Of a stretch of DNA of 64,000 nucleotides, positions 52,923 to 64,000 are shown piece by piece. This stretch comes from Epithemia pelagica. Lineage: Eukaryota; Protista; Bacillariophyta. The position numbers were made by a program, and so were the translations under genes. Position 1 is the first letter of the stretch; the number at the start of each line of letters is the position of its first letter. The notes beneath the pieces are model-generated. The model had not been told where the DNA came from, made no database searches, and saw nothing but the letters and a program-made list of their open reading frames with translations. The DNA is taken from contig OX337229.1 of NCBI GenBank assembly GCA_946965045.2, forward strand, positions 3,472,001 through 3,536,000. The letters are read 5' to 3'.

Positions 52923-53564
52923 TTACTCCTCGTCTGGGTAATCTCGGTACATTTTGTTGTCGTCTTCCTTAAACAGCCGGAACAGTTGGATAGGGGTGTT
53001 CACTGTCATGCACAAGCCGGCAAGCTGCAAAAAGTCCATGCCAAGGACGTTTACATCGTGAAATTTCCCTGGCTCCTCTACAGTCCCCAATGGCGACAAA
53101 TGAAACGCCATTCGGAATGACTCGTCATTTACGACCACGGTTAGCTGCTCGGGGACTGGAGCAGCGGGGCTGCCAATAAGAGCTGTCATGGCCTCTTGAC
53201 ACAAATAGCTGCATGGTGAACCAGTATCCACTAGAAAGAAAACATTCCGAACTCTGTATCCTCGGTCAGGGCGCCCACGGCGACATGGAAGAGAAATCAT
53301 GAGGCGCTTGTTGTAGCCGTAGACACACCCCGACGCCGGCCATTTCTGAGGAAACTGCGTGGCTTCACTCAGATACTCGTAACCCTTTCCAATCGATACA
53401 GTGCACTTGTGAGAATGAAGAATTTCGCTTGTGATATCTGTCAGCATCATGTCCTGCTGGTCCGGAGGGATATAACCTGGAGGATCTACGATCGAGTAGT
53501 CGCTTGAAGACGGCGATCCAGTATCTGCAGTCTTTGCCTTGGCTAAAAAAGTAATTGAAGCCAT
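52923..53564 (-). CDS. Stand-alone retropepsin-like (clan AA) aspartic protease
   Basis: VFFLVDTGSPCSYL (catalytic DTG) and the downstream NVLGMDFL motif in a single domain of 213 aa. No gag, RT or LTR nearby. Confidence 0.75.
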   Translation of the reverse strand: MASITFLAKAKTADTGSPSSSDYSIVDPPGYIPPDQQDMMLTDITSEILHSHKCTVSIGKGYEYLSEATQFPQKWPASGCVYGYNKRLMISLPCRRGRPDRGYRVRNVFFLVDTGSPCSYLCQEAMTALIGSPAAPVPEQLTVVVNDESFRMAFHLSPLGTVEEPGKFHDVNVLGMDFLQLAGLCMTVNTPIQLFRLFKEDDNKMYRDYPDEE

Positions 53565-53820
53565 GATTAATGCCGTGGGAGAGAGTTACTCTGCTTTCGA
53601 TTCTTCTTTTTTTGTTGTGGTTTTTGCTGTTTTTGCTGTTGTTGCGGTTGTCATTGTTCTTGTCAAAGTTGGCAGCTTGGGTGGGTCGTGAATTGTCTTT
53701 GTAAAGGAATTCACCGCGAATAATCTCCCCTTTTTGGGGGCCCCCACGATTTCGATTGCGCTTCATGACTCTGAGCATGGAGTCCCGCGGGTCTCGTTCT
53801 CGAAGCCATTCAATATTTTC

Positions 53821-54768
53821 TAGAGGTGGCTCCAGCAACAGCTCATCTCTGCTGGAGCTAGGTAAGCGCTGGAGACGTCTCTGCTGGAGCTAGGTGAGCG
53901 CCTCCAGCTGGAGAATAGACTACCCATGCTACCAGAATGAAAATGCTTAGCTAGAAGCTACTCCTAGTGTATCTATCTTATGGTGAGAACACATGTTCCC
54001 AATTCTCACGTAAAAAATGTAAATCTGTAACGGTGGAAGGGTCCAGTGATGCTTGTTTCGCAGGTATGATCAGTCCTGCAATACTGAATGCCCGTTCAGA
54101 AGAGGCAGCAGTCGCAGGCAACGCAAATTTTCTTGCTAGGCGCCAAATGTTGGGAAATTCACTTACTTTCATCTTCCACCATGACGCCAAAGGATCCGTG
54201 AATCTTGTTGTATCATTGACTTTATATGACAACTTGAGTCCCTTGGATCTACGAAACCTATCCATTTCAAGATGGCAGATGGTTTGAAATGGAACATGAC
54301 CCGCATAGCTCGTCATTTCTTCTCCGTCACTGTCTTCATTTTCCAGGATATTTCCTAGTGTGTCACTAACTTCAATTTCAGTCTCAGCTTTTTATACTTT
54401 TGGGTTACATCAATATCCTCTCCTCCGTATGATACAATGATGGGTGGCCTGTTGTATCCATCCGAGAGAACCTTCTTTTTCTGCGTGGCCTTCGAAGTGC
54501 CATCCATATCAAGCTCTTCCACCTTTGATGAGTCATCATCATCATTGTAATCAGACATTGTGGAAGGCAGTGTGGAGCAAATGAGTGACACAGGGTCAGC
54601 AATGACCAGAGCGGAGCAAATGAATGACATGCAACCGGCAACAGTCACAGCGAACGGCGACCAATGTAGCGCTCTTTTCTCGCAACAGAAAATCTCTGCT
54701 GGAGTTTCTCCAGCGCTGAAGCTCCAGCGCTGGAGCTGCGCGTCCGCTTACCGCTGGAGCCACCTCTA
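53821..54768 (-). mobile_element. Non-autonomous hAT element (internal deletion derivative)
   Basis: 16-bp TIRs TAGAGGTGGCTCCAGC, an 8-bp TSD ATATTTTC and many subterminal CTCCAGC/GCTGGAG motifs. It retains the hAT dimerisation domain (WWK...FPNIWRLARK...PATAASSERAFS, 53978-54316), out of frame with a short N-terminal stub. Confidence 0.92.
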
Positions 54769-54806
54769 ATATTTTCATTCAATCCTCTCGCGACGCGACA
54801 ACAACA

Positions 54807-55745
54807 ATGAGTGCATCCAGTACAGCTGAAGCCGCGAAAGCGGAGCTCGTAGAATGTGAGAAAGAAATTAATTCAATTAGGGCCGCACTCCGTATGCTGA
54901 GGCCTTCGGCGTCTTCCGCCGAAGCCGATGCCACCAACAGTTTGTCGGTAGTTGCTCTCAAGGTAGATGATGCCCCGTATCCAATTCTGTTCTGTATTTG
55001 TGTTTGAATTTGGTATACCAATGAACGATACATTTCTCTTACTGTAACACAGATAGAAGGCCTCGCTAAACCTTTGAAACCAAAAATCTCCTTGCAATTG
55101 TCATCACCAGTGGAAGAAGCGACTTTGACGGAATTATTCGATGCGGAAGCAGATGATCCTCCTTCTAGCATGAAGGCATCCTTCAAAGGTGTGGAGACTG
55201 GTCAGGCAACGTTAACGCTTGAAGTCAGTGATGATCAATCAACATCACTAGGTAGCTCCGAGCCGCTGGATCTCGCGCACCCGACAAGTTTTGATGCCAT
55301 GTCAACCAAGAAAGAACATGAATCAGAAGTAAGTCTTGTTGTGAAGGGCGAGGGAGAAGCAGCAGCGGAACCGGTCTGCACAGTTGTGCTCCGTTTAAGT
55401 TATACGCCTTCGGCCGCGGAGAAGAAAGCGAAGCTTTACGAATTGCTCGCTGTCGCCACAAAGAAGAAAGCATCCGTCGTAGAGAAGCTTCGACATGCTT
55501 CCATGGCTTCCAGTGGTAGCCAAGTGGCAACCAAGTCGTCTGCTTCGCCGGCAGTGAAGGCTGGTTTTCTCAATAAACAAAAGAATGAAGAATTCTCGCT
55601 GAAAACATGGTTTGACTCGTACTTCGGGCCGCAGTCTTTCATCCGCCGCAATTTTCATGTTGCAAAGAACTATATTGTTTTCTTTGGAGCCGTTGGATTC
55701 TTTCACTTTCAGGGACATGTCTTGGCCCTCCCTCCGCCTGTTTAA
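54807..55745 (+). CDS. Hypothetical protein (coiled coil, C2-like beta domain, C-terminal TM), 2 exons
   Basis: Exon 1 MSASSTAEAAKAEL...VVALK, then an intron GTAGAT...ACAG (~54964-55053), then exon 2 in the 223 aa ORF frame with a hydrophobic tail YIVFFGAVGFFHFQG. Confidence 0.65.
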
Positions 55746-56065
55746 TGTATTAGATGCATTGCCAGATATCAGAGAATATCATCTTTTTGTAAAAAGCAGT
55801 CACAGGTGGGTATCTCATAAAACAATGCGAAGAAAAGAGATATCGAATCTCCATGCATCACGACACTGAGATAAGAAACTTCCGCGCCAGTACCTAAACA
55901 ATAGTCATTTCACCGCTTCCTATTTCGTTCATCATTCGCAGCATGTGCAGATAAGAGAACACTGAAAGAAGGCATAGGGCGAGAAGGAAAAATGCTTCTA
56001 GAATAAACCAATTACGAACAATTCCTACTATCTCTCTATCACATATCACATTGCTCGCAGAATCA

Positions 56066-57175
56066 TTACGGAAAGAACATAACCTTCATCACAAAAAAGT
56101 AGATAGTATGAGCCCCAAGAATTGCAATAATGATTGGACCAGCTTTGGCGTTGTTCACCGAGTCCTGTGCCATGAGTGGCGTCGAAAGGTTACGAAGAAC
56201 CAGGAGAGCCGACGCTCCAGTTGCTGCACCCAGAGCGACCCAGGCAACAAGGCCAAAGGGTAGTATCGCAATAAGGATGGATGCCAACATGTACGGAACT
56301 TGCGAGTAACCATAACAGCACACCCACATGGCCCACGATATGCCAGGCATACCCATGCAGTTGGTTGCAAACCAAAAGCACGTGGATACACAAAAGACAA
56401 AGACCAGGGCGACAGAGCTGGAGTGCAAAAGGAGATGAATGTCGTATTCGAATTCTTCTAGGTCGTCCTCATGTTTTGCACGTCGCTTGTGCTTAAAATA
56501 AGCGTGAATGTTGGATGTGACCGCCAGAAGGAAAACCAAGGTAAGCGAGATCCAAACAGGACCATAAAGATCTGGTCCCTTGAAAGTGTCCGTCTTACAA
56601 TCACCAACCACCGATGTGCGGAACTGATCCGGAAGCCAAAATTTGAGCAAACTAGCCTTCAAGCGCTCTACGACATCAGATGTTTCAACGTCAAAATACT
56701 GGGAGTAGCTTTCCATTTTGAAGCAGGAGATGCAAGTTCCCCAGCCAAAGTTGGAGAAGGGAGACGAGCGGATTTCTGCACCTGACCCAGGATTTGTTGC
56801 ACCAGAACCGTAGCTTTCAACTGCCGCGGCACGTTGGTCCATGGCACCGGACCACTGAGAAGGATCATGAGCCATGGCTTGCTGTGTCGGGGACACGCGA
56901 GGAGGGGTATCCGGCATGTCCAGAGCTCCCGTCATTCCAGAGTAAGGATCAGGTTGTGACGAGAATTTAGAGTTTGTCATCATAGCGTTTGTGCCAGGTT
57001 GTGTCGTCGAAGGGTTATAAAATCCCTGCTGCTGCTGCGTTGGTTGTTGTTGTGGTTGCGACATCGGTACTTGGACGAAAGGGTCTCCCTGCGGTTGCGT
57101 CTGCGCTTGGGGTTGTTGCTGAGACGCACTTCGAAAAGGATTCGGAGCAAACTCGTCGTTGTAACTAGGGTTCAT
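56066..57175 (-). CDS. Yip1-domain Golgi membrane protein (YIPF1/2-like)
   Basis: YSQYFDVETSDVVERLKASL, PDLYGPVWISLTLVF and CCYGYSQVPY, followed by multiple TM helices. The N-terminus contains an NPF motif. Confidence 0.88.
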   Translation of the reverse strand: MNPSYNDEFAPNPFRSASQQQPQAQTQPQGDPFVQVPMSQPQQQPTQQQQGFYNPSTTQPGTNAMMTNSKFSSQPDPYSGMTGALDMPDTPPRVSPTQQAMAHDPSQWSGAMDQRAAAVESYGSGATNPGSGAEIRSSPFSNFGWGTCISCFKMESYSQYFDVETSDVVERLKASLLKFWLPDQFRTSVVGDCKTDTFKGPDLYGPVWISLTLVFLLAVTSNIHAYFKHKRRAKHEDDLEEFEYDIHLLLHSSSVALVFVFCVSTCFWFATNCMGMPGISWAMWVCCYGYSQVPYMLASILIAILPFGLVAWVALGAATGASALLVLRNLSTPLMAQDSVNNAKAGPIIIAILGAHTIYFFVMKVMFFP

Positions 57176-57567
57176 GGTAGTTACAGTGATCTTTTGCGAG
57201 AACAAGACGTCCTATTCACTCGAAACTACTCGAACGAATGACCTGCAATGCGATCTACAGATGCAATGAGCAAGAGCAATTCATTCCACTCCGTCTGGCG
57301 TTCTGTACGGCTAAAATGGCCGGTCGCGCTAGCGTTTAGTAGGATCAGTAAGCTAGAGGGGAAAGGTGTATGGACCAACTTCTCTAGAATAACCACTAGA
57401 GACTAGAGGGCAACCACTTGAGATAAGAGACCTCTTCATGGGAAAGAAACCATTAACCAGTACTAGCCTACATCACATTAGGAAGTGGTCATCCACAAAT
57501 TTAACTTCGGGGGACACGTCTCCTTCACCAGAAGGCGAAAACAAGAATTCCATTCGATACTTGAGCG

Positions 57568-58908
57568 CTATTCGATCGGCCGAACATTTGGCCTACCTGG
57601 CCACGAGTTTGGCCGTTCCCAAAACCCAATCTCTCTTCCTCCATAATATGAATTGAGGACTATATCTAGAACTTGAGACGCTCGAACCGCGTTGTCGCCA
57701 AACGATAAGAACGGGGCTCTGGAAACGCCCCGCAGATCGTTTGTAATGGATTGGATCAGGGGCTGCGCCGTATGTTCGGGTGCGTCAAAATCCACCTGTT
57801 TCAGGAGTACATTTGAGTGATCATAAACAGAAATTGGCAGGAAAGGAGACATTCCGACCATCTTTATAAACCCTTTTGGACCAGTGATTACAAGTTCATC
57901 CACCTTCTCGTTTGATTCACCAGAGAAGTCCCATTCACAAGTCACAAGGGCACCTTCACTGGGAATCGCCGCATTGTTGGACGATCCAATGTTGGCTTTC
58001 AATTCTACGTAGTCTTCAACGAGTTGAAAGGGAGAATTTTTATTCTTGGCACAGCCCTGTACGTCGATCAATGGGCCAAACAGGTAATCCATTCGATCAA
58101 CAACGTGACAACCGATGTCCATGACTTCACCCCCACCGGCCTGATCGGCCCGTAACCTCCACGGTAGAGGAGAGTCATTATCCAAATCACGTGAAACTAT
58201 ATTTCCAATAAATCGGTAGTCCACCCTTGTCACTTTTTCTCCAATATATCCTTCTTGCAAGAGCGTACGCAGCGTTTGAGTGCGATTGTATGCTCGACTA
58301 ATATAGGCCGTGTAGAGTGGTTTGTCAGCTTTTTTCATGCATTCCACAATGGCACGAGTTTCTGCAGCACATCGTCCCACTGGTTTTTCCACATACGCAG
58401 CCTTTCCTGCAGCAGCCACCTTTTGACAAATTTCCGCGTGTGCCCCAGGCGGCGATGCAATGTACACTGCATCTAAACCATCATGCTGCAAAAATTCATC
58501 CAGATTATCGTATCCCATGCATTCTCCACCAGGCCACATGGTTTGCGCCCATTCTGTGGCTTTTCCAGGGGTGCGTCGCATCACTGCTACCAACGAGCTT
58601 CCTTCACACTTGAAGAATGGAGGACCAGACTTTTTTGCCGTCACATCGCCGAGCCCCACAATACCCCATCGAGTTACCGGTGGAGGCGATGAGTCTCGTT
58701 TACTCGGCGTTGATGATGAGTCCATGAGCAAAGCACCTGTCGAAGCAGCAGAAGAAAAAAACTGCCGACGGTTGGTATGAGCGACAAGCCAATGGGACGT
58801 GAGCAGGGAATGAAAAATCGATGGAAGGAGAAGCTGAACAAGACAGAGAAAGGAGGGACTCGTTCGACCACTATGAGCGGCGAGTATATGGCAATGATAC
58901 TGTTTCAT
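57568..58908 (-). CDS. Gfo/Idh/MocA family NAD(P)-dependent oxidoreductase (start codon uncertain)
   Basis: Motifs RWGIVGLGDV, DAVYIASPPGAH, YVEKPVG and GGGEVMDIGCHVVD. Confidence 0.9.
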   Translation of the reverse strand: MKQYHCHILAAHSGRTSPSFLCLVQLLLPSIFHSLLTSHWLVAHTNRRQFFSSAASTGALLMDSSSTPSKRDSSPPPVTRWGIVGLGDVTAKKSGPPFFKCEGSSLVAVMRRTPGKATEWAQTMWPGGECMGYDNLDEFLQHDGLDAVYIASPPGAHAEICQKVAAAGKAAYVEKPVGRCAAETRAIVECMKKADKPLYTAYISRAYNRTQTLRTLLQEGYIGEKVTRVDYRFIGNIVSRDLDNDSPLPWRLRADQAGGGEVMDIGCHVVDRMDYLFGPLIDVQGCAKNKNSPFQLVEDYVELKANIGSSNNAAIPSEGALVTCEWDFSGESNEKVDELVITGPKGFIKMVGMSPFLPISVYDHSNVLLKQVDFDAPEHTAQPLIQSITNDLRGVSRAPFLSFGDNAVRASQVLDIVLNSYYGGREIGFWERPNSWPGRPNVRPIE

Positions 58909-59345
58909 TTCTCAACCAAAGGATACATGATGCGTTCCTTGTTCTCCTTGTCTTGGTGCACACCCGATGATTTGAAAGAAAGATCTCGGACAAAAATGAA
59001 AAGATACGATCATGCATTAAATCCGCGACCAAAGAAGTGGCCCTTATCTTCCGAGTGAAGTCTGTGTTCTGTGTCCCTTCTTTTTTCTTCGACATGGTGG
59101 AGAAGTTCGTCCTGCTTGGTACACTCTGAGCCACTCTCGTGGGTTCTGGTTCGATGACACGTCACGAGTCACAAGATACTGTCTACACTGTCTATCCCCA
59201 AAATCCAAAATGAGAACGACGAAGGGCGACAAACTTTTGCTTTCCTCATCGTCGAGATCGTAATAGAAACGAAGTTGACGCTAAACAAAGACTCACGCCA
59301 ACAACCGCACTGCTTCTGGCCTCTTGCATTCGAACTGAAGAAACG

Positions 59346-61385
59346 ATGTACCGACTACCGGCTCGTGCGCTTGCACGACGTCCTGTTTCGCGCACTTATC
59401 ACGTCGGACAGATCGCCTTGGCGTCATATACTTCAATCAGACACGCTCCTGTCAGTGCTACTTCAGTTTTCGAGTCGAATGATGGCCATGCTTCTTCCAT
59501 TGCCACTCTCATGGCTGTCACGGGGATGGCCCTCGGTTTGACTTGCACTAGCAATGCAGAGACAACAAACTGTGAATCTTCGAAGTCAATGGACAAAGGT
59601 CCAACTCCAGCATCCGTTGCCAAAGAGGATTTTCAATCGGTTCAGGCTGCTAATGATATCGACAGTATGCCCATCTACTCCATGGATGAGGTAGCCGTCA
59701 ACGATGGAACTGATGGAAAGCCCATATGGATGACTTATGGAGGTGCGATTTGTGTTCCTGATAGTTATGACGGCTCGCTTGTACAAATCTCATTTTTGTA
59801 TTGGAAATCTTTCTTTCTCTATGTCAACAACAGGCGTTGTATACGATGTGACCGACTTCATTGCAAACCATCCTGGAGGCTCGGAGAAAATCATCATGGC
59901 AGCAGGGTCTGCAATTGAGCCGTTCTGGCATATCTACAGACAACACTTTGCCTCTGATTTGCCCATGCGTCTTATGGAACACATGGCAATTGGACGACTT
60001 CACGACGACGACCAGGAAAAGATCAATGAGCAAATGGCCGTACTTGAAGAGGAAGATCCTTTTGCTCGCGAACCCCCACGTCACAAAGCTCTTAAAGTGC
60101 ACGTTGATACTCCAATGAGCGCAGAAACACCCGTGCGTCTTCTTACTAAATCGTTCCTGACTCCGAATTCGCTCTTTTACATTCGGCATCATCATCCTGT
60201 ACCCTTTCTCACAGAAAAAGATATTCACAACTATCGACTGAAAATTGACTTGTCTGCCTACGGAAAAGGAATTACGTCAATCTCTCTAGATGAGCTTCAG
60301 AAAATGGAAAAGGTAGAGATTGTTGCGACTCTTCAGTGCAGCGGCAACCGCCGAAGTGGTTTCAACTCTTTCCACAGAACTTCTGGAACTACGTGGGGAC
60401 AGGGAGCAATCTCAACCGCCAAGTTTGGAGGAGTGCGTCTGAGTCACTTGCTGCAGCATTGTGGTCTTGACGATCCGGTAGCAGCTCAAGAAAAATGTGG
60501 AATGGAGCACGTTCGATTCTTTTCAATGGATGGTATGATGGCGTCCATTGGTATTGAAAAAGCCACTAGTCACTATGGGGATGTCATTGTTTGCTACGAA
60601 ATGAATGGAGAACCCTTGCCTCGGGATCACGGATTTCCGGTTCGGATTGTCGTCCCAGGTTACGCGGCGGTTCGGAGTGTAAAATGGTTGGAAAAGATCG
60701 AGCTCAGCACCTCCGAGGCTGAAGGGCCATGGCAAAGAGGTCTGAGCTACAAAATCCTTCCTCCTGGTGTAACGGACGCTAAAGATGTGGACTTGAACGA
60801 GATGCCCTCCGTATCCGAAGCGAGTTTGTTCTCAGGAATTTCGAAAATGGAAAGGGTAGATGGCAAAATACCGGAGCCTGGAGACCGAGTCACAATTCGA
60901 GCTAGTGGCTGGGCATGGGCTGGCGGAGGAAGAAATGTCGTCCGAGTGGACTTGACGGTAAGTTGCTGGTTGAATCTTTCCATCATGCGAGAATGGTAGT
61001 GTTCTCCTCTCTCTGCGTTGGATGCCTCAAAAGGACAGAATTGGAGCGACCGGACGGAGTTGTTCAAGACTGCGGCCGGGCTTGTCTTGTTGTCGTTGTT
61101 GCTCACTTCTCGATGTGGGCTTTCTTTTTTTAGGGCGACGAAGGCAAAACTTGGGTCACTGCGAAGCTCAAGGATGGTTCGAACCAACGCTTTGGACGAG
61201 CTTGGGCATGGGTCTTTTGGGAGTGTGAAGTTCCTGCACTTGTTTCCGAAAGCGGTTCTGTGAACATTGCATCCAAGGCGGTGGATATGGCGTTCAATGT
61301 CCAACCTGAAAAGTCGGATCACACATGGAACATTCGTGGACTCGGAAACAATAGTTGGTACCGAGCGCAGGCTAGTGTAGCATAA
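59346..61385 (+). CDS. Sulfite oxidase with a cytochrome b5 domain (3 exons)
   Basis: b5 domain GVVYDVTDFIANHPGG. Moco domain FYIRHHHPVP, LQCSGNRR, YEMNGEPLPRDHGFPVR and VKWL. Dimerisation exon GDEGKTW...RAWAWVFW...WNIRGLGNNSWYR, ending in TAA at 61385. Confidence 0.93.
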
Positions 61386-61631
61386 ACGATTGGCGAGTTC
61401 CGGTGATCCGCATAGAGACATGATAAATAATAGTAACGAGTAGAGTACATGTCTGGTTTTACTGTAACTTCGTCTTAGCTTGTCGTCGAGGACGAAGTCC
61501 GCGTTATCTATATGCAATGTGCGAGACATGCAGAACAAGCTCGTATACCACATTGAACCATAAAGAAAAATGATATCGATTATCAATAGCATTCCTATCA
61601 AGATCTATAACTAACTTGATGGGAAAGAAAT

Positions 61632-64000
61632 TTACTTGCCTTGCCAGCTAGGGGCTCCGCCGCCCCAACCACTGCCACCAGAGGTCTGGTTCGGCCAGCC
61701 ACCCGTACTGGTTCCAGTCGCCCCAGCCGTGGAGTTAGGGCCCGAATGGGTATTCGAATCAGAGGTGTTGCCTCCGGCTTGTGTTCCCTGTAAACCAAAC
61801 GGTTGCTGGTTCAAGTGAGGGGGTGGCCCCGGTTGGAATTGCTGGTAGCCTCCACGAGGACCGCCTTTCTTCCCCTTGTTGTACTGATCCGCATCACCGG
61901 GGAATCCTCCAATCTGAGGAGCTTGTTGTTGCTGTTGCTGCGGAATATAGTGGTCTTGCATACCACCCGGCTGTCCATATCCACCTCGTGAGAAATCCCC
62001 GTGGTAGCCCATCGCACCGTAGGGCTGCCCTCCATAGGCACCCGCATGCTGCTGAGGATTATATTGATTCTGGTATTGGTTGGCATTGTTGTGGTGGTTT
62101 CCACGACCACGGTAGCCTCCGCTGTTCTTCTGATAACCACTTGAGCCTTGATGGGAACCACCTTGATCATCATAATGAGGGCCAGCACCATAACCACCGC
62201 TATGGCCCATCGAAGGAGGATATCCAAATCCTCCCTGTACGGCACCTCCAAATTGTGCGCCATATCCGTAATTGTATCCAATTTGACCTTGATACTGTCC
62301 CATATGCGGCTGTTGTCCATAAAACAGCGCAGGACTGTAGGGCATGCCTGGCATACCGGGAGGCAATCCAGGTGTCGGCGTGGGAGCACTGTTATTCGAC
62401 GAGTTTGGCGCGTTCGTGTTGGAAGGTGCACTGCCTGAGGACGTCGGTTGTTGCTGTTGCGTTGTCGGAGCAGCTCCATAGAGACTCTGGTGTTGTGGTT
62501 GCTGAGGCTGAGTCGGGGCCAGAGGAACTCCCATTGGTGGCTTGGGAGGAAGGGGCGTTCCTAGAGCCGGTGCACTGGGCATGCCTCCAATAAAGGCGGC
62601 ACCCGTACCTGCCGGAGCTCCGGCATAGTTGTACATACCCATCGAACCAGTGCCACTTGTGCCAGCGGGCTGCGGGTACGTAGGCTGCTGAGTCGGTGCA
62701 GACGGTTCCGAATTGGTAGAAGAGACGGGGTCATTGCCTTCCGGTGGAGCAACGGACTGAGATGGTTGCGTCGGCAATGCTCCTGGTGCTTGTTCGGAGA
62801 CGGCTTGTTGCGCAGCGTTAAGAGATGCTTCTTCTAGCTTGTTTTCAAGTTCATGTACCAACACTGCGTCGGCTGGAATGGGGCGCATTCCTCCTCCAAT
62901 GGAGAGTCCAGGAGGTGGTCTTGCTGGTGAGGGGGCAGTTGCAGTTGCGGGAGGAGGCGCTGGAGTTTCTTTCGGAGCCGTCTGGGACACATTGTTCGTG
63001 CTGCTACTCGCTGTCGTAGCGTCCATACTGGCAGCTTCGGCGTCGACGCCAAATGTCCCGAATCCAAAATCGATATTTTTATCATCTCCATCGGTCTCCC
63101 AATGTCCCATGTTCAACACGCTCGGAGGGGGAGCCCGAGGTTGTGGTTTGGGCTCAACGCTTGTGGGAGCTTGCGACTGGGGAGGAGCAGACGCCGTGGC
63201 TTGAGATTCGACAACCGGAGCCCCGATTGGTTGTGTGTGCATGGGTGAGGGGGGAACGGCCGCGTCGGTAGGGACAACATCTTCGTTCCCCGTTTGCGTG
63301 GATGCGGCTGGAGCGGCCCCCCACACAGAGCCTTCTAGCTTTTGCCCTGAAGACGCGGATTCCTCTTGCTCTACAGGAGCCTGTTGAGGAACTTGCGTGG
63401 AACTTGAAGGTGGCAATACATCCTCCACCGCTTCTGGTTCCAAGTCGGGTTCTGTTTCCGGTGGTACATGCAGCAAGGGAGCTGCCATGGGAGGAGGCGC
63501 TGGTGCAGGAGGAGCACTGCGTTTTACAGGTGCCGGCGCAATGGCTGCTGGTGGCTTTGGCTGTTCAGCTCGAATCAAATGGGCTGACCCCTTGGTGGCC
63601 CACACATTTCCAGCGGGCGCAGGTCTTGAGACTGGTTTCGGAACGGGTGGTTGGACTGCCGTAGTAGTAGGAGGAGCAATCGGATCCGGTTCGTGTTTTT
63701 CTGGCACTGACGAGACAGGAGCGTCCGTCTTAATTTCATCGGCAATATCTGGGGAAGTTGCCGTCGCGGTCGCCGTCGTCGGGGTTGTTGCTTGCTGCTG
63801 TTTGGCCCAGGCCCCTTGAGGAACTCTCACATTGGCTGGAATTCCTCCGGGCGGCGGAGGATGAGACTCCAAATCATTCAAGGTTTCCTCGTTGGAGGCA
63901 TCGGTCGCCGGATTGTTGACCGGAGGACCCTTTTCGCGATGCTGTTGCGAACGTCCACGGCCACCCCGTCCGGAAGCGCTTCGTCCTCGACCGCCACGGC
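61632..64000 (-). CDS. Low-complexity RGG/FG-motif protein, UBAP2L/Lingerer/Def1-like (5' end outside the window)
   Basis: The frame stays open to the window edge and there reads RGGRGRSASGRGGRGR. It contains NVWATKG and LNMGHWE...IDFGFGTFG motifs and a Q/G/Y/P-rich prion-like C-terminus. Confidence 0.55.
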   Translation of the reverse strand, partial: RGGRGRSASGRGGRGRSQQHREKGPPVNNPATDASNEETLNDLESHPPPPGGIPANVRVPQGAWAKQQQATTPTTATATATSPDIADEIKTDAPVSSVPEKHEPDPIAPPTTTAVQPPVPKPVSRPAPAGNVWATKGSAHLIRAEQPKPPAAIAPAPVKRSAPPAPAPPPMAAPLLHVPPETEPDLEPEAVEDVLPPSSSTQVPQQAPVEQEESASSGQKLEGSVWGAAPAASTQTGNEDVVPTDAAVPPSPMHTQPIGAPVVESQATASAPPQSQAPTSVEPKPQPRAPPPSVLNMGHWETDGDDKNIDFGFGTFGVDAEAASMDATTASSSTNNVSQTAPKETPAPPPATATAPSPARPPPGLSIGGGMRPIPADAVLVHELENKLEEASLNAAQQAVSEQAPGALPTQPSQSVAPPEGNDPVSSTNSEPSAPTQQPTYPQPAGTSGTGSMGMYNYAGAPAGTGAAFIGGMPSAPALGTPLPPKPPMGVPLAPTQPQQPQHQSLYGAAPTTQQQQPTSSGSAPSNTNAPNSSNNSAPTPTPGLPPGMPGMPYSPALFYGQQPHMGQYQGQIGYNYGYGAQFGGAVQGGFGYPPSMGHSGGYGAGPHYDDQGGSHQGSSGYQKNSGGYRGRGNHHNNANQYQNQYNPQQHAGAYGGQPYGAMGYHGDFSRGGYGQPGGMQDHYIPQQQQQQAPQIGGFPGDADQYNKGKKGGPRGGYQQFQPGPPPHLNQQPFGLQGTQAGGNTSDSNTHSGPNSTAGATGTSTGGWPNQTSGGSGWGGGAPSWQGK

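Noticed and set aside
53365-53838. 157 aa ORF running out of the hAT TIR
   Set aside because: It starts inside the TIR with a non-ATG codon and reads through promoter-type low-complexity sequence. Removing the element does not rebuild a longer gene.

Overview
Gene-dense eukaryotic nuclear DNA with short GT-AG introns (about 70-170 nt) and bipartite plastid-targeting presequences. It is most likely from a pennate diatom, which is an inference from gene content and CoDi-like retroelements. About 19 host genes are recognisable or plausible: Sec20-like SNARE, LSm8, PebA-like bilin reductase, type II H+-PPase, Tim44, a VPS9-domain protein, plastid transketolase, an IMP-type peptidase, TM9SF, an HMG-box factor, a bromodomain protein, a DUF218-like protein, a stand-alone retropepsin, a Yip1-family protein, a Gfo/Idh/MocA oxidoreductase, sulfite oxidase, a UBAP2L-like protein and several hypotheticals. 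More than a third of the window is mobile DNA whose ends I could read directly: a PIF/Harbinger element (7001-10090, CAG TSD); a ~8.9 kb CAAGCTGG-ended IS630-Tc1-mariner-like element (10145-19084); a Harbinger-type MITE (20701-21362); a Ty1/copia element with identical LTRs (31671-38766); an intact CTCCCTCC-ended mariner (40093-42059); two CAAGCTGG MITEs (42318-43613); and a deleted hAT (53821-54768). The most striking object is the 8.9 kb element. Besides a giant (~1075 aa) DDE transposase it carries a SET-domain gene, two further orphan genes (one cleanly spliced) and two oppositely oriented CAA-rich tandem arrays, and it shares end motifs with the two MITEs 23 kb away. All family assignments come from motif recognition by eye, not from database searches.
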